Positions 1 to 13,495 are shown, counted from the first letter of the stretch. The stretch: 64,000 nucleotides of DNA from Cetorhinus maximus (GCF_964194155.1 NW_027596187.1:558001-622000), one strand, 5' to 3'. The notes: generated by a model not told the origin, from the sequence alone. Numbers and translations: made by a program.

Positions 1-3000
1 ATACTGACTCTCTCACACTGATATATCCCCTATCTATATGTACACAATATAAACAGATATAGTAACTGACTCTCTCTCTGATATATCGCCTATCTTTATG
101 TACACAATATAAACAGATATAGTTACTGACTCTCTCACACTGATATATCCCCTATCTGTGTATAGTTACTGACTCTCTCACACTGATATATCCCCTATCT
201 TTAAGTACACAATATAAACAGATATAGTTACTGACTCTCTCACACTGATATATCCCCTATCTTTACATACACAATATAAACAGATATAGTTACTGACTCT
301 CTCTCACTGATATATCCCCTATCTTTATGAACACAATATAAACAGATATAGTTACTGACTCTCTCACACTGATATATCCCCTATCTTTATGAACACAATA
401 TAAACAGATATAGTTACTGACACTCTCACACTGATATATCCCCTATCTTTATATACACAATATGAACAGGTATAGTTACTGACTCTGTAACACTGATATA
501 TCCCCTATCTTTATATACACAATATGAACAGGTATAGTTACTGACTCTCACACTGATATATCCCCTATCTTTATGAACACAATATGAACAGATATAGTTA
601 CTGACTCTCTCACACTGATATATCCCTTATCTTTATGAACACAATATGAACAGGTATAGTTACTGACTCTCACACAGATATATCCCCTATCTTTATGAAC
701 ACAATATGAACAGGTATAGTTACTGACTCTCTCACACTGATATATCCCCTATCTTTATGAACACAATATAAACAGATATAGATACTGACTCTCTCACACT
801 GATGTATCCCCTGTCTTTATGAACACAATATAAACAGATATAGTTACTGACTCTCTCACACTGATATTTCCCCCATCTTTATGTACACAATATAAACAGA
901 TATAGTTACTGACTCTCACACACTGATATATCCCCTATCTTTATGAACACAATATGAACAGGTATAGTTACTGACTCTCTCACACTGATATATCCCCTAT
1001 CTTTATATACACAATATAAACAGATATAGTTACTGACTCTCTCACACTGATATATCCCCTATCTGTGTATAGTTACTGACTCTCTCACACTGATATATCC
1101 CCTATCTTTATGTACACAATATAAACAGATATAGTTACTGACTATCTCACACTGATATATCCCCTATCTTTATGAACACAATATAAACAGATATAGTTAC
1201 TGACTCTCTCTCACTGATATATCCCCTATCTTTATGAACACAATATAAACAGATATAGATACTGACTCTCTCACACTGATATATCCCCTTTCTTTATGTA
1301 CACAATATAAACAGATATAGTAACTGACTCTCTCTCTGATATATCCCCTATCTTTATGTACACAATATAAACAGATATAGTTACTGACTCTCTCACACTG
1401 ATATATCCCCTATCTGTGTATAGTTACTGACTCTCTCACACTGATATATACCCTATCTTTAAGTACACAATATAAACAGATATAGTTACTGACTCTCTCA
1501 CACTGATATATCCCCTATCTTTATGAACACAATATAAACAGATATAGTTACTGACTCTCTCTCACTGATATATCCCCTATCTTTATGAACACAATATAAA
1601 CAGATATAGTTACTGACTCTCTCTCACTGATATATCCTCTATCTTTATATACACAATATAAACAGATATAGTTACTGACTCTCTCACACTGATATATCCC
1701 CTTTCTTTATGAACACAATATAAACAGATATAGTTACTGACACTCTCACACTGATATATCCCCCATCTTTATATACACAATATGAACAGGTATAGTTACT
1801 GACTCTCTAACACTGATATATCCCCTATCTTTATATACACAATATGAACAGGTATAGTTACTGACTCTCACACTGATATATCACCTATCTTTATGAACAC
1901 AATATGAACAGGTATAGTTACTGACTCTCTCACACTGATATATCCCCTATCTTTATATACACAATATAAACAGATATAGTTACTGACTCTCTCACACTGA
2001 TCTATCCCCTATCCTTATGTACACAATATAAACAGATATAGTTACTGACTCTCTCACACTGATATATCCCCTATCTTTATGAACACAATATAAACAGATA
2101 TTGATACCGACTCTCTCACACTGATATATCCCTTGTCTTTATGAACACAATATAAACAGATATAGTTACTGACTCTCTCACACTGATATTTCCCCTATCT
2201 TTATGTACACAATATAAACAGATATAGTTACTGACTCTCACACACTGATATATCCCCTAACTTTATGAACACAATATGAACAGGTATAGTTACTGACTCC
2301 CGCACACTGATATATCCCCTTTCTTTATATACACAATATAAACAGATATAGTTACTGACTCTCTCACACTGATATATCCCCTATCTGTGTATAGTTACTG
2401 ACTCTCTCACACTGATATATCCCCTATCTTTATGTACACAATATAAACAGATATAGTTACTGACTCTCTCACACTGATATATCCCCTATCTTTATGAACA
2501 CAATATAAACAGATATAGTTACTGACTCTCTGTCACTGATATATCCCCTATCTTTATGAACACAATATAAACAGATATAGATACTGACTCTCTCACACTG
2601 ATATATCCCCTATCGTTATGTACACAATATAAACAGATATAGTAACTGACTCTCTCTCTGATATATCCCCTATCTTTATGTACACAATATAAACAGATAT
2701 AGTTACTGACTCTCTCTCACTGATATATCCCCTATCTTTATGAACACAATATAAACAGATATAGTTACTGACTCTCTCTCACTGATATATCCTCTATCTT
2801 TATATACACAATATAAACAGATATAGTTACTGACTCTCTCACACTGATATATCCCCTATCTTTATGAACACAATATAAACAGATATAGTTACTGACACTC
2901 TCACACTGATATATCCCCTATCTTTATATACACAATATGAACAGGTATAGTTACTGACTCTCTAACACTGATATATCCCCTATCTTTATATACACAATAT

Positions 3001-5535
3001 GAACAGGTATAGTTACTGACTCTCACACTGATATATCCCCTATCTTTATGAACACAATATGAACAGATATAGTTACTGACTCTCTCACACTGATATATCC
3101 CTTATCTTTATGAACACAATATGAACAGGTATAGTTACTGACTCTCACACTGATATATCACCTATCTTTATGAACACAATATGAACAGGTATAGTTACTG
3201 ACTCTCTCACACTGATATATCCCCTATCTTTATATACACAATATAAACAGATATAGTTACTGACTCTCTCACACTGATATATCCCCTATCTTTATGTACA
3301 CAATATAAACAGATATAGTTACTGACTCTCTCACACTGATATATCCCCTATCTTTATATACACAATATAAACAGATATAGTTACTGACTCTCTCACACTG
3401 ATATATCCGCTGTCTTTATGAACACAAAATAAACAGATATAGTTACTGACTCTCTCACACTGATATATCCCCTATCTTTATATACACAATATAAACAGAT
3501 ATAGTTACTGACTCTCACACTGATATATCCCCTATCTTTATATACACAATATAAACAGATATAGTTACTGACTCTCTCACACTGATATATCCCCTATCTT
3601 TATATACACAATATAAACAGATATAGTTACTGACTCTCTCACACTGATATATCCCCTATCTTTATATACACAATATAAACAGATATAGTTACTGACTCTC
3701 TCACACTGATATATCCCCTATCTTTATATACACAATATAAACAGATATAGTTACTGACTCTCTCACACTGATATATCCACTATCTTTATATACATAATAT
3801 AAACAGATATAGTTACTGACTCTCTCACACTGATATATCCCCTATCTTTATATACACAATATAAACGGATATAGTTACTGACTCTCTCACACTGATATAT
3901 CCCCTATCTTTTTTACACAATATAAACAGATATAGTTACTGACTCTCTCACGCTGACATATCCCCTATCTTTATGAACACAATATAATCAGATATAGATA
4001 CTGACTCTCTCACACTGATATATCCCCTGTCTTTATGAACACAATATAAACAGATATAGTTACTGACTCTCTCACACTGATATATCCCCTATCTTTATGT
4101 ACACAATATAAACAGATATAGTTACTGACTCTCACACACTGATATATTCCCTATCTTTATGAACACAATATGAACAGGTATAGTTACTGACTCTCACACT
4201 GATATATCCCCTATCTTTATGAACACAAAATAAACAGATATAGTTACTGACTCTCTCACACTGATATATCCCCTATCTGTGTATAGTTACTGACTCTCTC
4301 ACACTGATATATCCCCTATCTTTATGAACACAATATGAACAGGTATAGTTACTGACTCTCTCACACTGATATATCCCCTATCTTTATGAACACAATATAA
4401 ACAGATATAGTTACTGACTCTCTCACACTGATATATCCCCTATCTTTATGTACACAATATAAACAGATATAGTTACTGACTCTCTCACACTGATATATCC
4501 CCTATCTTTATATACACAATATAAACAGATACAGTTAATGACTCTCTCACACTGATATATCCCCTATCTTTATGTACACAATATAAACAGATATAGTTAC
4601 TGACTCTCTCACACTGATATATCCCCTATCTTTATATACACAATATAAACAGATATAGTTACTGACTCTCTCTCTGATATATCCCCTATCTTTATGTACA
4701 CAATATAAACAGATATAGTTACTGACTCTCTCACACTGATATATCCCCTATCTTTATGTACACAATATAAACAGATATAGTTACTGACTCTCTCACACTG
4801 ATATATCCCCTGTCTTTATATACACAATATAAACAGATATAGTTACTGACTCTCTCACACTGATATATCCCCTATCTTTATATACACAATATAAACAGAT
4901 ATAGTTACTGACTCTCTCACACTGATATATCCCCTATCTTTATTTACACAATATAAACAGATATAGTTACTGACTCTCTCACACTGATATATCCCCTATC
5001 TTTATATACACAATATAAACAGATATAGTTACTGACTCTCTCACACTGATATATCCCCTATCTTTATATACACAATATAAACAGATATAGTTACTGACTC
5101 TCTCACACTGATATATCCCCTATCTTTATATACACAATATAAACAGATATAGTTACTGACTCTCTCACACTGATATATCCCCTATCTTTATATACACAAT
5201 ATAAACAGATATAGTTACTGACTCTCTCACACTGATATATCCCCTGTGTTAATATAGTTACTGACTCTCTCACACTGATATATCCCCTGTGTTAATATAG
5301 TTACTGACTCTCTCACACTGATATATCCCCTGTGTTAATATAGTTACTGACTCTCTCACCCTGTGTTTCTGTAGTTACTGACTCTCTCACCCTGTGTTAA
5401 TATAGTTACTGACTCTCTCACCCTGTGTTTATATAGTTACTGACTCTCTCACACTGATATATCCCCCGTGTTAATATAGTTACTGACTCTCTCACCCTGT
5501 GTTTCTATAGTTACTGACTCTCTCTCTCTCTCTCA
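1..5535. repeat. 62-bp AT-rich satellite/minisatellite with 43-bp and 31-bp truncated variants
   Basis: Unit GATATAGTTACTGACTCTCTCACACTGATATATCCCCTATCTTTATGAACACAATATAAACA repeated throughout; shorter units dominate after about 5220; array runs off the left edge of the window. Confidence 0.98.
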
Positions 5536-5603
5536 CTGGTTTCCTGATCTATTCCGGCGCTAATCCAATGAAAACTCTCTGAATGTTATGGTTCAGAACT
5601 CAC

Positions 5604-5619
5604 ACCCTCTCTCTGCCAT
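5604..5619 (-). CDS. Candidate first coding micro-exon (M-A-E-R-G + 1 nt) of an unidentified minus-strand gene
   Basis: Minus strand reads gaaaATGGCAGAGAGAGGGT|GTGAGT: strong Kozak (A at -3, G at +4) followed by a consensus donor at 5603-5598, at the edge of a CpG-rich promoter. Confidence 0.45.
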
Positions 5620-6125
5620 TTTCTGAAGCGTCCGGCCGGCAGCAGTGGACGGAGACGGGGCCAGGGCCCAGACCGGGAACTGGACCCCGACCACAGACCA
5701 AATGCCAAGTGCCAGGCCTCAGGCCTGAATCCTGACCGTCAGCTTTGGGGGCGGAACTGCGCACGCGCGCCATGTCCAATTCCGTCAAACGGTGGGCGGG
5801 GCCAGTGCTCAGGGGGTGGGTGACGGCAGGCCTCGGGGGCGGGGCCCGCACAAAGGGGCGTGGCCATGCGGAAATGGAACGTGCTCCGACATTAGACAAG
5901 GATGGGGCGGAGCCAGGGTTAATGTCAGGGCGCGGCACTTCCTCAAAAGGAGGGGGCGTGGCGTCGGTGCCTTGAGGGGGCGGGCCCAGCTGTCAGGGAG
6001 AGTGCGGGGCCACGGATAAAGAGGGGGCGGGGCCTTCAGACAGGGCGGGTCCGGGCTTGCTAACAGGGAGGGGGCGGGGTCGGGTCATAGAGCGTGCTGG
6101 GTTTTCCGACTGCGAGGGGCGGAAT
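5610..6125. promoter_or_regulatory. CpG-island housekeeping-type promoter
   Basis: CpG rich; NRF1-like TGCGCACGCGCG at about 5758; GC boxes GGGGCGGGG at about 5836, 6023 and 6071; YY1-like GCCATTTT at 5615; ETS-like GCGGAA motifs. Confidence 0.7.
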
Positions 6126-6133
6126 CTGGGCTG

Positions 6134-8760
6134 TGTCTGGGGACAGTGTGGGGTCTGGGGTCAGGGGACAGGGTGGGGTCTGGGGTCAGGGGACAGGGTG
6201 GGGTCTGGGGTCAGGGGACAGGGTGGGGACAGGGGACAGGTTGGGGACAGGGGACAGGGTGGGGTCTGGGGTCAGGGGACAGGGTGGGGTCTGGGGTCAG
6301 GGGACAGGGTGGGGACAGGGGACAGGGTGGGGACAGGGGACAGGGTGGGGACAGGGGAAAGGGTGGGGACAGGGGAAAGGGTGGGGACTGGGGACAGGGG
6401 ACAGGGTGGGGACTGGGGACAGGGTGGGGACTGGGGACAGGGTGGGGACTGGGGACAGGGTGGGGTCTGGGGTCAGGGGACAGGGTGGGGACAGGGGACA
6501 GGGTGGGGACTGGGGACAGGGTGGGGACTGGGGACAGGGTGGGGTCAGGGGACAGGGTGGGTTCTGGGGTCAGGGGACCGGGTGGGTTCTGGGGTCAGGG
6601 GACCGGGTGGGGACTGGGGACAGGGTGGGGACTGGGGACAGGGGACAGGGTGGGGACTGGGGACAGGCGACAGGGGACAGGGTGGGGACAGGGGACAGGG
6701 TGGGGACAGGGGACAGGGTGGGGACAGGGGACAGTGTGGGGTCTGGGGACAGGGGACAGGGGACAGGGTGGGGTCAGGGGACAGTGTGGGGTCTGGGGTC
6801 TGGGGACAGGGGACCGGGTGGGAACTGGGGACAGGGTGGGGTCTGGGGACAGGGGACAGTGTGGGGTCTGTGGACAGGGGACAGGGTGGGGACAGGGGAC
6901 AGGTTGGGGACTGGGGACAGGGTGGGGACTGGGGACAGGGGACAGGGTGGGGACTGGGGACAAGGGACAGGGTGGGGTCTGGGGACAAGGTGGGGTCTGG
7001 GGACAGGGTGGGGTCTGGGGACAGGGGACAGGGTGGGGTCTGGGGACAGGGGACAGGGTGGGGACTGGGGACAGGGTGGGGACTGGGGACAGGGGACAGG
7101 GTGGGGTCAGGGGACAGGGTGGGGACTGGGGACAGGGTGGGGACTGGGGACAGGGTGGGGACTGGGGACAGGGTGGGGTCAGGGGACAGGGTGGGGTCTG
7201 GGGACAGGGGACAGGGTGGAGACTGGGGACAGGGGACAGGGTGGGGTCAGGGGACAGGGTGGGGACAGGGGACAGGGTGGGGACTGGGGACAGGGTGGGG
7301 TCAGGGGACAGGGTGGGGACTGGGGACAGGGTGGGGTCAGGGGACAGGGTGGGGACTGGGGACAGGGTGGGGTCAGGGGACAGGGTGGGGTCTGGGGACA
7401 GGGGACAGGGTGGGGACTGGGGACTGGGGACAGGGTGGGGTCAGGGGACAGGGTGGGGACTGGGGACAGGGTGGGGTCAGGGGACAGGGTGGGGTCTGGG
7501 GACAGGGTGGGGACTGGGGACAGGGTGGGGTCAGGGGACAGGGTGGGGTCTGGGGACAGGGGACCGGGTGGGGACTGGGGACAGGGTGGGGACTGGGGAC
7601 AGGGGACAGGGTGGGGACTGGGGACAGGGGACAGGGTGGGGACTGGGGACAGGGGACAGGGTGGGGACTGGGGACAGGGGACAGGGTGGGGACTGGGGAC
7701 AGGGGACAGGGTGGGGACTGGGGACAGGGTGGGGTCAGGGGACAGGGTGGGGTCTGGGGACAGGGGACCGGGTGGGGACTGGGGACAGGGTGGGGACTGG
7801 GGACAGGGGACAGGGTGGGGACTGGGGCCAGGGGACAGGGTGGGGACTGGGGACAGGGTGGGGACTGGGGACAGGGTGGGGACTGGGGACAGGGGACAGG
7901 GGACAGGGTGGGGTCTGGGGACAGGGTGGGGACTGGGGACAGGGTGGGGACAGGGGACAGGGTGGGGACTGGGGACAGTGTGGGGTCTGGGGACAGGGGA
8001 CAGGGTGGGGACAGGGGACAGTGTGGGGTCTGGGGACAGGGGACAGTGTGGGGTCTGGGGACAGGGGACAGGGTGGGGTCTGGGGACAGGGGGAGGTCTG
8101 GGGACAGGCGACAGGGGCGGGTCTGGGGACAGGGTGGGGCCTGGGGACAGGGGGGGTCTGTGGACCTGGGACAGGGGGGTGTCTGGGGACAGGGTGGGGT
8201 CTGGGGACAGGGGACAGGGTGGGGTCTGGGGACTGGGGACAGGGTGGGGCCTGGGGACAGGGGGGGTCTGGGGACCTGGGACAGGGTGGGGTCTGGGGAC
8301 TGGGGACAGGGTGGGGTCTGGGGACAGGGGACAGCGTGGGGTCTGGGGACAGGGGGAGGTCTGGGGACAGGCGACAGGGGCGGGTCTGGGGACAGGGGAC
8401 AGGGTGGGGCCTGGGGACAGGGGGGGTCTGGGGACCTGGGACGGGGGGGGGTCTGGGGACAGGGTGGGGTCTGGGGACAGGGTGGGGTCAGGGGACAGGG
8501 TGGGATCTGGGGACAGGGGACAGGGTGGGGTCTGGGGACAGGGTGGGGTCTGGGGACAGCGGACAGGGTGGGGTCTGGGGACAGGGGGCAAGGTGGGGTC
8601 TGGGGACAGGTGACAGGGTGGGGTCTGGGGACAGGGTGGGGTCAGGGGACAGGGTGGGATCTGGGGTCAGGGGACAGGGTGGGGTCTGGGGACAGGGGAC
8701 AGGGTGTGGTCTAGGGACAGGGGCAGGGTGGGGTCTGGGGACAGGGGACAGGGTGAGTGA
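6134..8760. repeat. G-rich minisatellite (18-bp GGGGACAGGGTGGGGTCT/ACT with 7-bp GGGGACA inserts), G-quadruplex prone
   Basis: Continuous G3/G4 runs separated by 1-3 nt for about 2.6 kb; stop-free in all three plus frames because of composition. Confidence 0.97.
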
Positions 8761-9064
8761 GGAGGTCTGGGGACAGGGTGAGGGGAGAGTTGCTTTGTGT
8801 ACAGGAAGGGACAGGGTCTGAGGGGAGACAGAATGTGGCCTGGGGAGCGGGTGGTGTCTCAGGGGAGGGGCTGGGCCTTGGATCCAGGTCAGGGGCAGAT
8901 TGTCAGAATAATCCTCCTCCTCCTTGAGGTCCCATGCTGTATGAGGGCGTTGGTGACCTTTGGATTGGTCCATGATGATAGTTGGCGAAATACTGCACTG
9001 ACTTGTTGTTCCCTTCTGCAGTATGGCTGACCAGGAAACTCCTGTTACAATGATACCTTCGTCT

Positions 9065-9485
9065 AATCAGGTTCAATTATGAAGACAAGTTGCAGAGTTG
9101 AAGCTCGAATTCACTTGAGTCGAGATGTTTAGTGACGGCCCAATCAGGGTTTTCGAGGTGATTCAGGGAGTTGATTGGGTTCCTGGAGAGAAGCTATTTT
9201 CCTGGTGGAGGAAGTTCTGAACAAAGGGGAGAATCTTAACATGAGAGCCAGAGAGTTGCGGAGTATTATCAGGAGGCGCCCCAGTCACACAAAGGATGTG
9301 GAAATCTTCAGCTCTCTCCCCAAAAACCTGGAAAGGCTCAAGGCTAATTGAAAATTTCAGAACCGAGATTGACACATTCCTGTTAAGTGAGGGATACAGA
9401 ACCAAGGTGGGTAACTGGAGATCTAATTAAATGGCAGAACAGACTTGAGGGGCTGAATGGCCTCCACCTGATCCGATGCTCCTTA
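9065..9485 (+). mobile_element. Decayed CR1-type LINE 3' end
   Basis: Remnants of the CR1 3' region ending in GAGGGGCTGAATGGCCTCC, shared with other CR1 copies in the window. Confidence 0.6.
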
Positions 9486-9699
9486 ATCTCTATAATCTCT
9501 TCGTTGCAGATGACAGTCAACAAGTCACACACTATCAGCTACTTCCTGACTATAAGATCATGACTTAAAGTTAAATCGTGAGTATGTGGGCAACCAGTAG
9601 ACAATAGACGTTACCAGGCTCACCTGACAGTTTGTAACTCTTTCGAGTTATCAACAGTCACAGATTGTAACTCTTTCGAGTACATTCACAGTTCTTGGT

Positions 9700-9776
9700 T
9701 TCCAGGAGTGGGACATGAACCCACAACCTTCTGATTCAAAGGCGAGGGTGCTATGAACTGAGCCACAGCTGACACC
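9700..9776 (-). mobile_element. tRNA-derived SINE head (DeuSINE/SacSINE1-like) fragment
   Basis: Minus strand GTCAGCTGTGGCTCAGTT...GAAGGTTGTGGGTTCATGTCCCACTCC with A/B-box-like motifs; matches the head of the 21250-21700 element. Confidence 0.7.
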
Positions 9777-10089
9777 TCGTTCCTGACAGTTTGTAAGGCT
9801 AATTTTTAATGAACAGAACTAACACAATTAGCAACCGGTTTAAACGCGATTCAGAATTGTTGCCACTTTTTCAATGCTGTCTTTTAAATTATCGTTTACA
9901 CCAGGCTCCAACACTATTACAAATTAGTAATTGATTTTAAAAAATGCAGGATGATATGGACACTGGTGAATGTGGCAGACACGTGACAAAAGAAATCTAA
10001 CGCAGAGATGTTGTGAAACTATGCGGTTTGGTAGGGAGAATGAGAGGCAATACAAGATGACCTGGTAAAATGGTAAAGAGACTTCGGGA

Positions 10090-10960
10090 CTTGACCATCA
10101 GCAGGATGGACTGCAGAGAAGTGATAGCCTTGGGAAGTGGAGGGATTCAGGTCAAAGCCTCCCTGTACATGGACAACATCGCTGTCTTCTGCTCAGATTC
10201 ACTGGCAGTGCACAGACTGATGAACCTCTGCGATCAGTTTAAACTGGCCTCAGGAGCTGACATGAATTGTGGTAAGAACGAGGTCATGTTCTTTGGGAAC
10301 TGGGCCGACTGATCTCTTTGTCCCCTTCACCCGTGAGGTCAGACTGCCTGAAAGTACTGGGGATGTGGTTCAGAGGGGCCGGGTACCAAAAGCCGGAAGG
10401 AGCAAATAGTCATGGCAAAACAGAAGCTGGGTGTGTCGTCATCAGGTGTGAGACACTCTTGGTATTGCTGTATGTGTTGCGGGTCTGGCCCATATCCTGA
10501 CCCTGTGCCAGAGCAGTCACCCGAGCCATCTTCCACTTTGTCTTGAGATCAGATGTGATGTACAAGTCTCTAGACAAAGTGTGAAAAAACCCCTGCCCAA
10601 CGTTGCCCTCACCCTGATGGCCAATTTTGTGTGTGGCTGCATCAAGCTGTGCCTAGACCCTCGGTACGCAAACACCAAGTATCCCAGAGTGCTGAGGTTC
10701 TATCAGTCTCCGGCGTTGCAAAGGATGGGTCTGGTCACGTTGTCACAGAACACTCCATTCAGTTGGACCTGTCCCTTGTGGAGAAGTTTATGCAGAAAGA
10801 CACCTTTGACCACAAGTCCATTCGGTAGTGGTCCACACGTAACTTCCCTGAGGCCCTGCGGGAATAGGAGATGGGGCATCCTGTCCAAATCGTTTGGCAG
10901 AATGCCTCAACGCCAGAACTTTCAAACAAGCGGCAAGATGTAGCTTGGATGGTGGGCCAA
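10090..10960 (+). mobile_element. L1/Tx1-clade LINE reverse transcriptase remnant (frameshifted)
   Basis: KASLYMDNIAVFC (YMDD-like), CDQFKLASGA..N.GK.EVMFFGNW and LKVLGMWF, typical of Tx1-type RT domains 5-7. Confidence 0.75.
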
Positions 10961-11662
10961 CCCATCTCGCATGCTGGACTCTCTCTCCGGGGTCCAGGTA
11001 AGAAATCATGAGCCCCTTGGCTTCTCTTGTTTCCAGGCCCATTATCCCCCATCCCCTTTAATTTTGCAGCATGAGTGAAGGGGAGAGGGAGGAATGATGT
11101 GAGTCCAGAGAGAGTAAAAATGGTCATTACGCCAAGGGAATGTCCTTCATCAGGGACTGTGGGTTCTTTAATCACCAGCTGAAGTAGGAGAGGGAAGTGG
11201 CTCATTGGTTCACAGCACCTCTGCCCATGCAGTGCTGAATGCGGGCGGGCTGTAACCTGGAGGCACTGTAGTCCTGCTCAGAGATTGGCTTTGAAGCAGA
11301 GGCCTGCACTAATGGCCTCACTAACCTCCCCTCACCGTTAACACGAGCCGGAGTCACTGCAGGGTGGAAGATCTTCCAGCCCAGGCCAGTCCTAGGACCA
11401 GCTGAACTGGGAACATGTTCACACAGCTCAGTAATGTCCGGGATGACTGATACCACCCAATCTGATTCCTACATGCTTATCCGTCGTCCCCTCCATGGCT
11501 CTTCACCGGCCCGTGACCACATCCCCTCCCTCCAAAGCCAGAGGCTCCCGGAGTTTCATCCTTTTTTCGTTTATGGGATATGGGCGTTGCTGGCTAGGCC
11601 AGCATTTATTGCCCGTCCCTAATTGCCCTTGAGAAGGTGGTCCGGAGCTGCCTTCTTGAATT

Positions 11663-12579
11663 TGTTCTGAGGTGGCAGATGCTTAGCGCCAGGCGGACCA
11701 AATCCTCAAAGGAAACTTGGTCACCCCATCACAAAGGTCTTGCAATCTGTATTTTTTACGAGAAGATGTGGGCACTGAATTCAGAAGTGAAGAGTCCACC
11801 AAAACCTTTAGAGATTTTAAAAGTTAAATTAAAATATTTATTAACAAAGTAAAAGATTTTAAGCACATACATAAGACTACAATTACTTGTTACTATAACA
11901 ACTCCCAAAATTCCTAATTAACCCCCCAGTTACACACCCACTTTAAGGCAACAGTCCAAAATAAATTTTAGATTTAAAAGAAAACCAGCAAGTTACCACA
12001 GCACCCACTCGACAGTGGAATTCCAAATCTCCGACTTCAGTTACTGGACACAGCAGACTTATGCACAAATGACTGGAAGCTTCTTGAAGGCTATTTCACA
12101 CACTCCTGTTGGATTTTACATAGCCCTCTCCTCACATAGCCTTTCATTCTCCTTTAGATATGTTTTTCTCTCTTTAATATTTAAATTCTATTGTTCCATA
12201 TGTCTTTGAAACTGTATCTTTCTCAGTATAAAAGCCTTCATGTTGCCAATATTGTCAGTTACCTTTGGGAAAAATAAATGCACTCCTTAGCCTTGCTTAT
12301 CTAACTAGTTGTAAACAGACTAACACCCCTTTGAAATCCCTTCACTTATCTAAAAATGCAAATTCTCTTCATAGCTAAGATGTTAAGCCAGCATCTATAT
12401 TTACTCATCAGCATTTCAAGCACATCTCTACAAAAAGCATCTTTTGATAATTCCAAACTTGCTGTTTACCTGACTCCAAATACAATTAAATGACACAGTC
12501 AGACCCAACTGTACTCAACCTTAAACCGCTCCACAATAAACCAGAAAAATAATATGAAAATTATTAAACTTTCACAACA
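11663..12579. mobile_element. Probable solo LTR (917 bp)
   Basis: Begins TGTTCTGAG, ends TTCACAACA (TG...CA, 7/9 inverted match); interrupts the LINE precisely at CTTGAA|CCGCTG; flanks AATT/AACC are a degenerate 4-bp TSD. Confidence 0.7.
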
Positions 12580-12879
12580 AACCGCTGCTGTCCATGTGGT
12601 GTAGGTACACCCACAGTGCTGTTAGGAAGGAAGTTCCAGAAATTTGACCCAGCGACAGTGAAGGAATGGCCGATATATTTCCAAGTCAGGATGATGAGCG
12701 GCTTGGAGGGGAACTTCCAGCTGGTGATGTTCCCATGTGTCTGTTGCCCTTGTCCTTCTAGGTAGTAGCAGTCGTGGGTTTGGAAGGAGCCTTGGTGAGT
12801 TCCTGCAGTGATTCCTGCAGATGGTACACACGCTGCTGCTACTGTGCATTGGTGGTGGAGGGAGTGAATGTTTGTGGAA

Positions 12880-13085
12880 TTCGCTGCCCAAGTTGGTGGT
12901 AGAGGCAGAAACTTTAAACTCTTTTAAAAAGTACCTGGATCTGCACCTAAAGTGCAGTAAGCTGCAGGGCTATGGGCTGGGTGCAGGAAGGTGGGATTAG
13001 AAAGCGCACCTGGGTGTCCTCGGGCTGGCATGGACAAGATGGGCCGAATGGCCTCCTTCTGTGCTGTAACTTTTATATGGTTCGA
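12880..13085 (+). mobile_element. 5'-truncated CR1 3' end nested in family-2 LINE
   Basis: Ends GATGGGCCGAATGGCCTCCTTCTGTGCTGT; flanked by TGGAA at 12875-12879 and 13086-13090. Confidence 0.85.
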
Positions 13086-13239
13086 TGGAAGGGGTGCCAA
13101 TCAAGCGGGCTGCTTTGTCCTGGGTGGTGGCGAGCTGCTTGAGTGTTGTTCGAGCTGCACTCATCCGGTCAATCATAGGATGCATGGCAGCAACATAGCG
13201 AGGATTTTGTTGATAGCAATTCCCAGACTGGCTGCTAGC

Positions 13240-13495
13240 TAGCAGGACAAGGACAGAAGATGCTTGGACAAACTGTCACCCGCAAGCTCCCCTTCAAGTC
13301 ACACACCCTCCTGACTTAGAAGTATGTGGCCTGTCGCTGGCTCAAATCCTGCAACTCCCTCCCTTACTGCGCTGGGAGTAATCCTGCACCACATGGACTG
13401 CAGCAGTTCAAGAGAATGGCTCACTATCGCCTTCTCCAGGGCAATTGGGGGTGGCCATTAAATACTGGCCTTGCCATCCCATGAATGAATGAAAA
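13240..13495 (+). mobile_element. Family-2 LINE 3' end, decayed
   Basis: CACCACATGGACTGCAGCAGTTCAAG...GGGCAATT...CCCATGAATGAAT, similar to 56820-56935. Confidence 0.75.

Larger units (their letters stand above)
11562..13170 (-). mobile_element. 3' part of a second CR1-group LINE family ('family 2'), split by a solo LTR (11663-12579) and a CR1 fragment (12880-13085)
   Basis: Pieces 11562-11660, 12580-12879 and 13086-13170 join into the reverse complement of the contiguous copy at 56460-56930. Confidence 0.85.

Noticed and set aside
1-5535. CRISPR-like regular repeats (also 23370-28790 and 61064-61399)
   Set aside because: No unique spacers, no cas genes, vertebrate context; these are tandem repeats
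5604-5619. Naming the MAERG micro-exon as PSMA2 or GTF2F2
   Set aside because: Five residues are insufficient, and as recalled those genes have longer first coding exons
6134-8760. Immunoglobulin switch region or telomeric array
   Set aside because: Lacks AGCT/GAGCT motifs and TTAGGG units; no Ig exons in the window
6057-8821. Three 839-891-aa Gly/Trp-rich ORFs and their Pro-rich antisense ORFs
   Set aside because: All frames are open because the G-rich repeat lacks stop codons; 7-bp inserts shift frames freely, so there is no coding constraint
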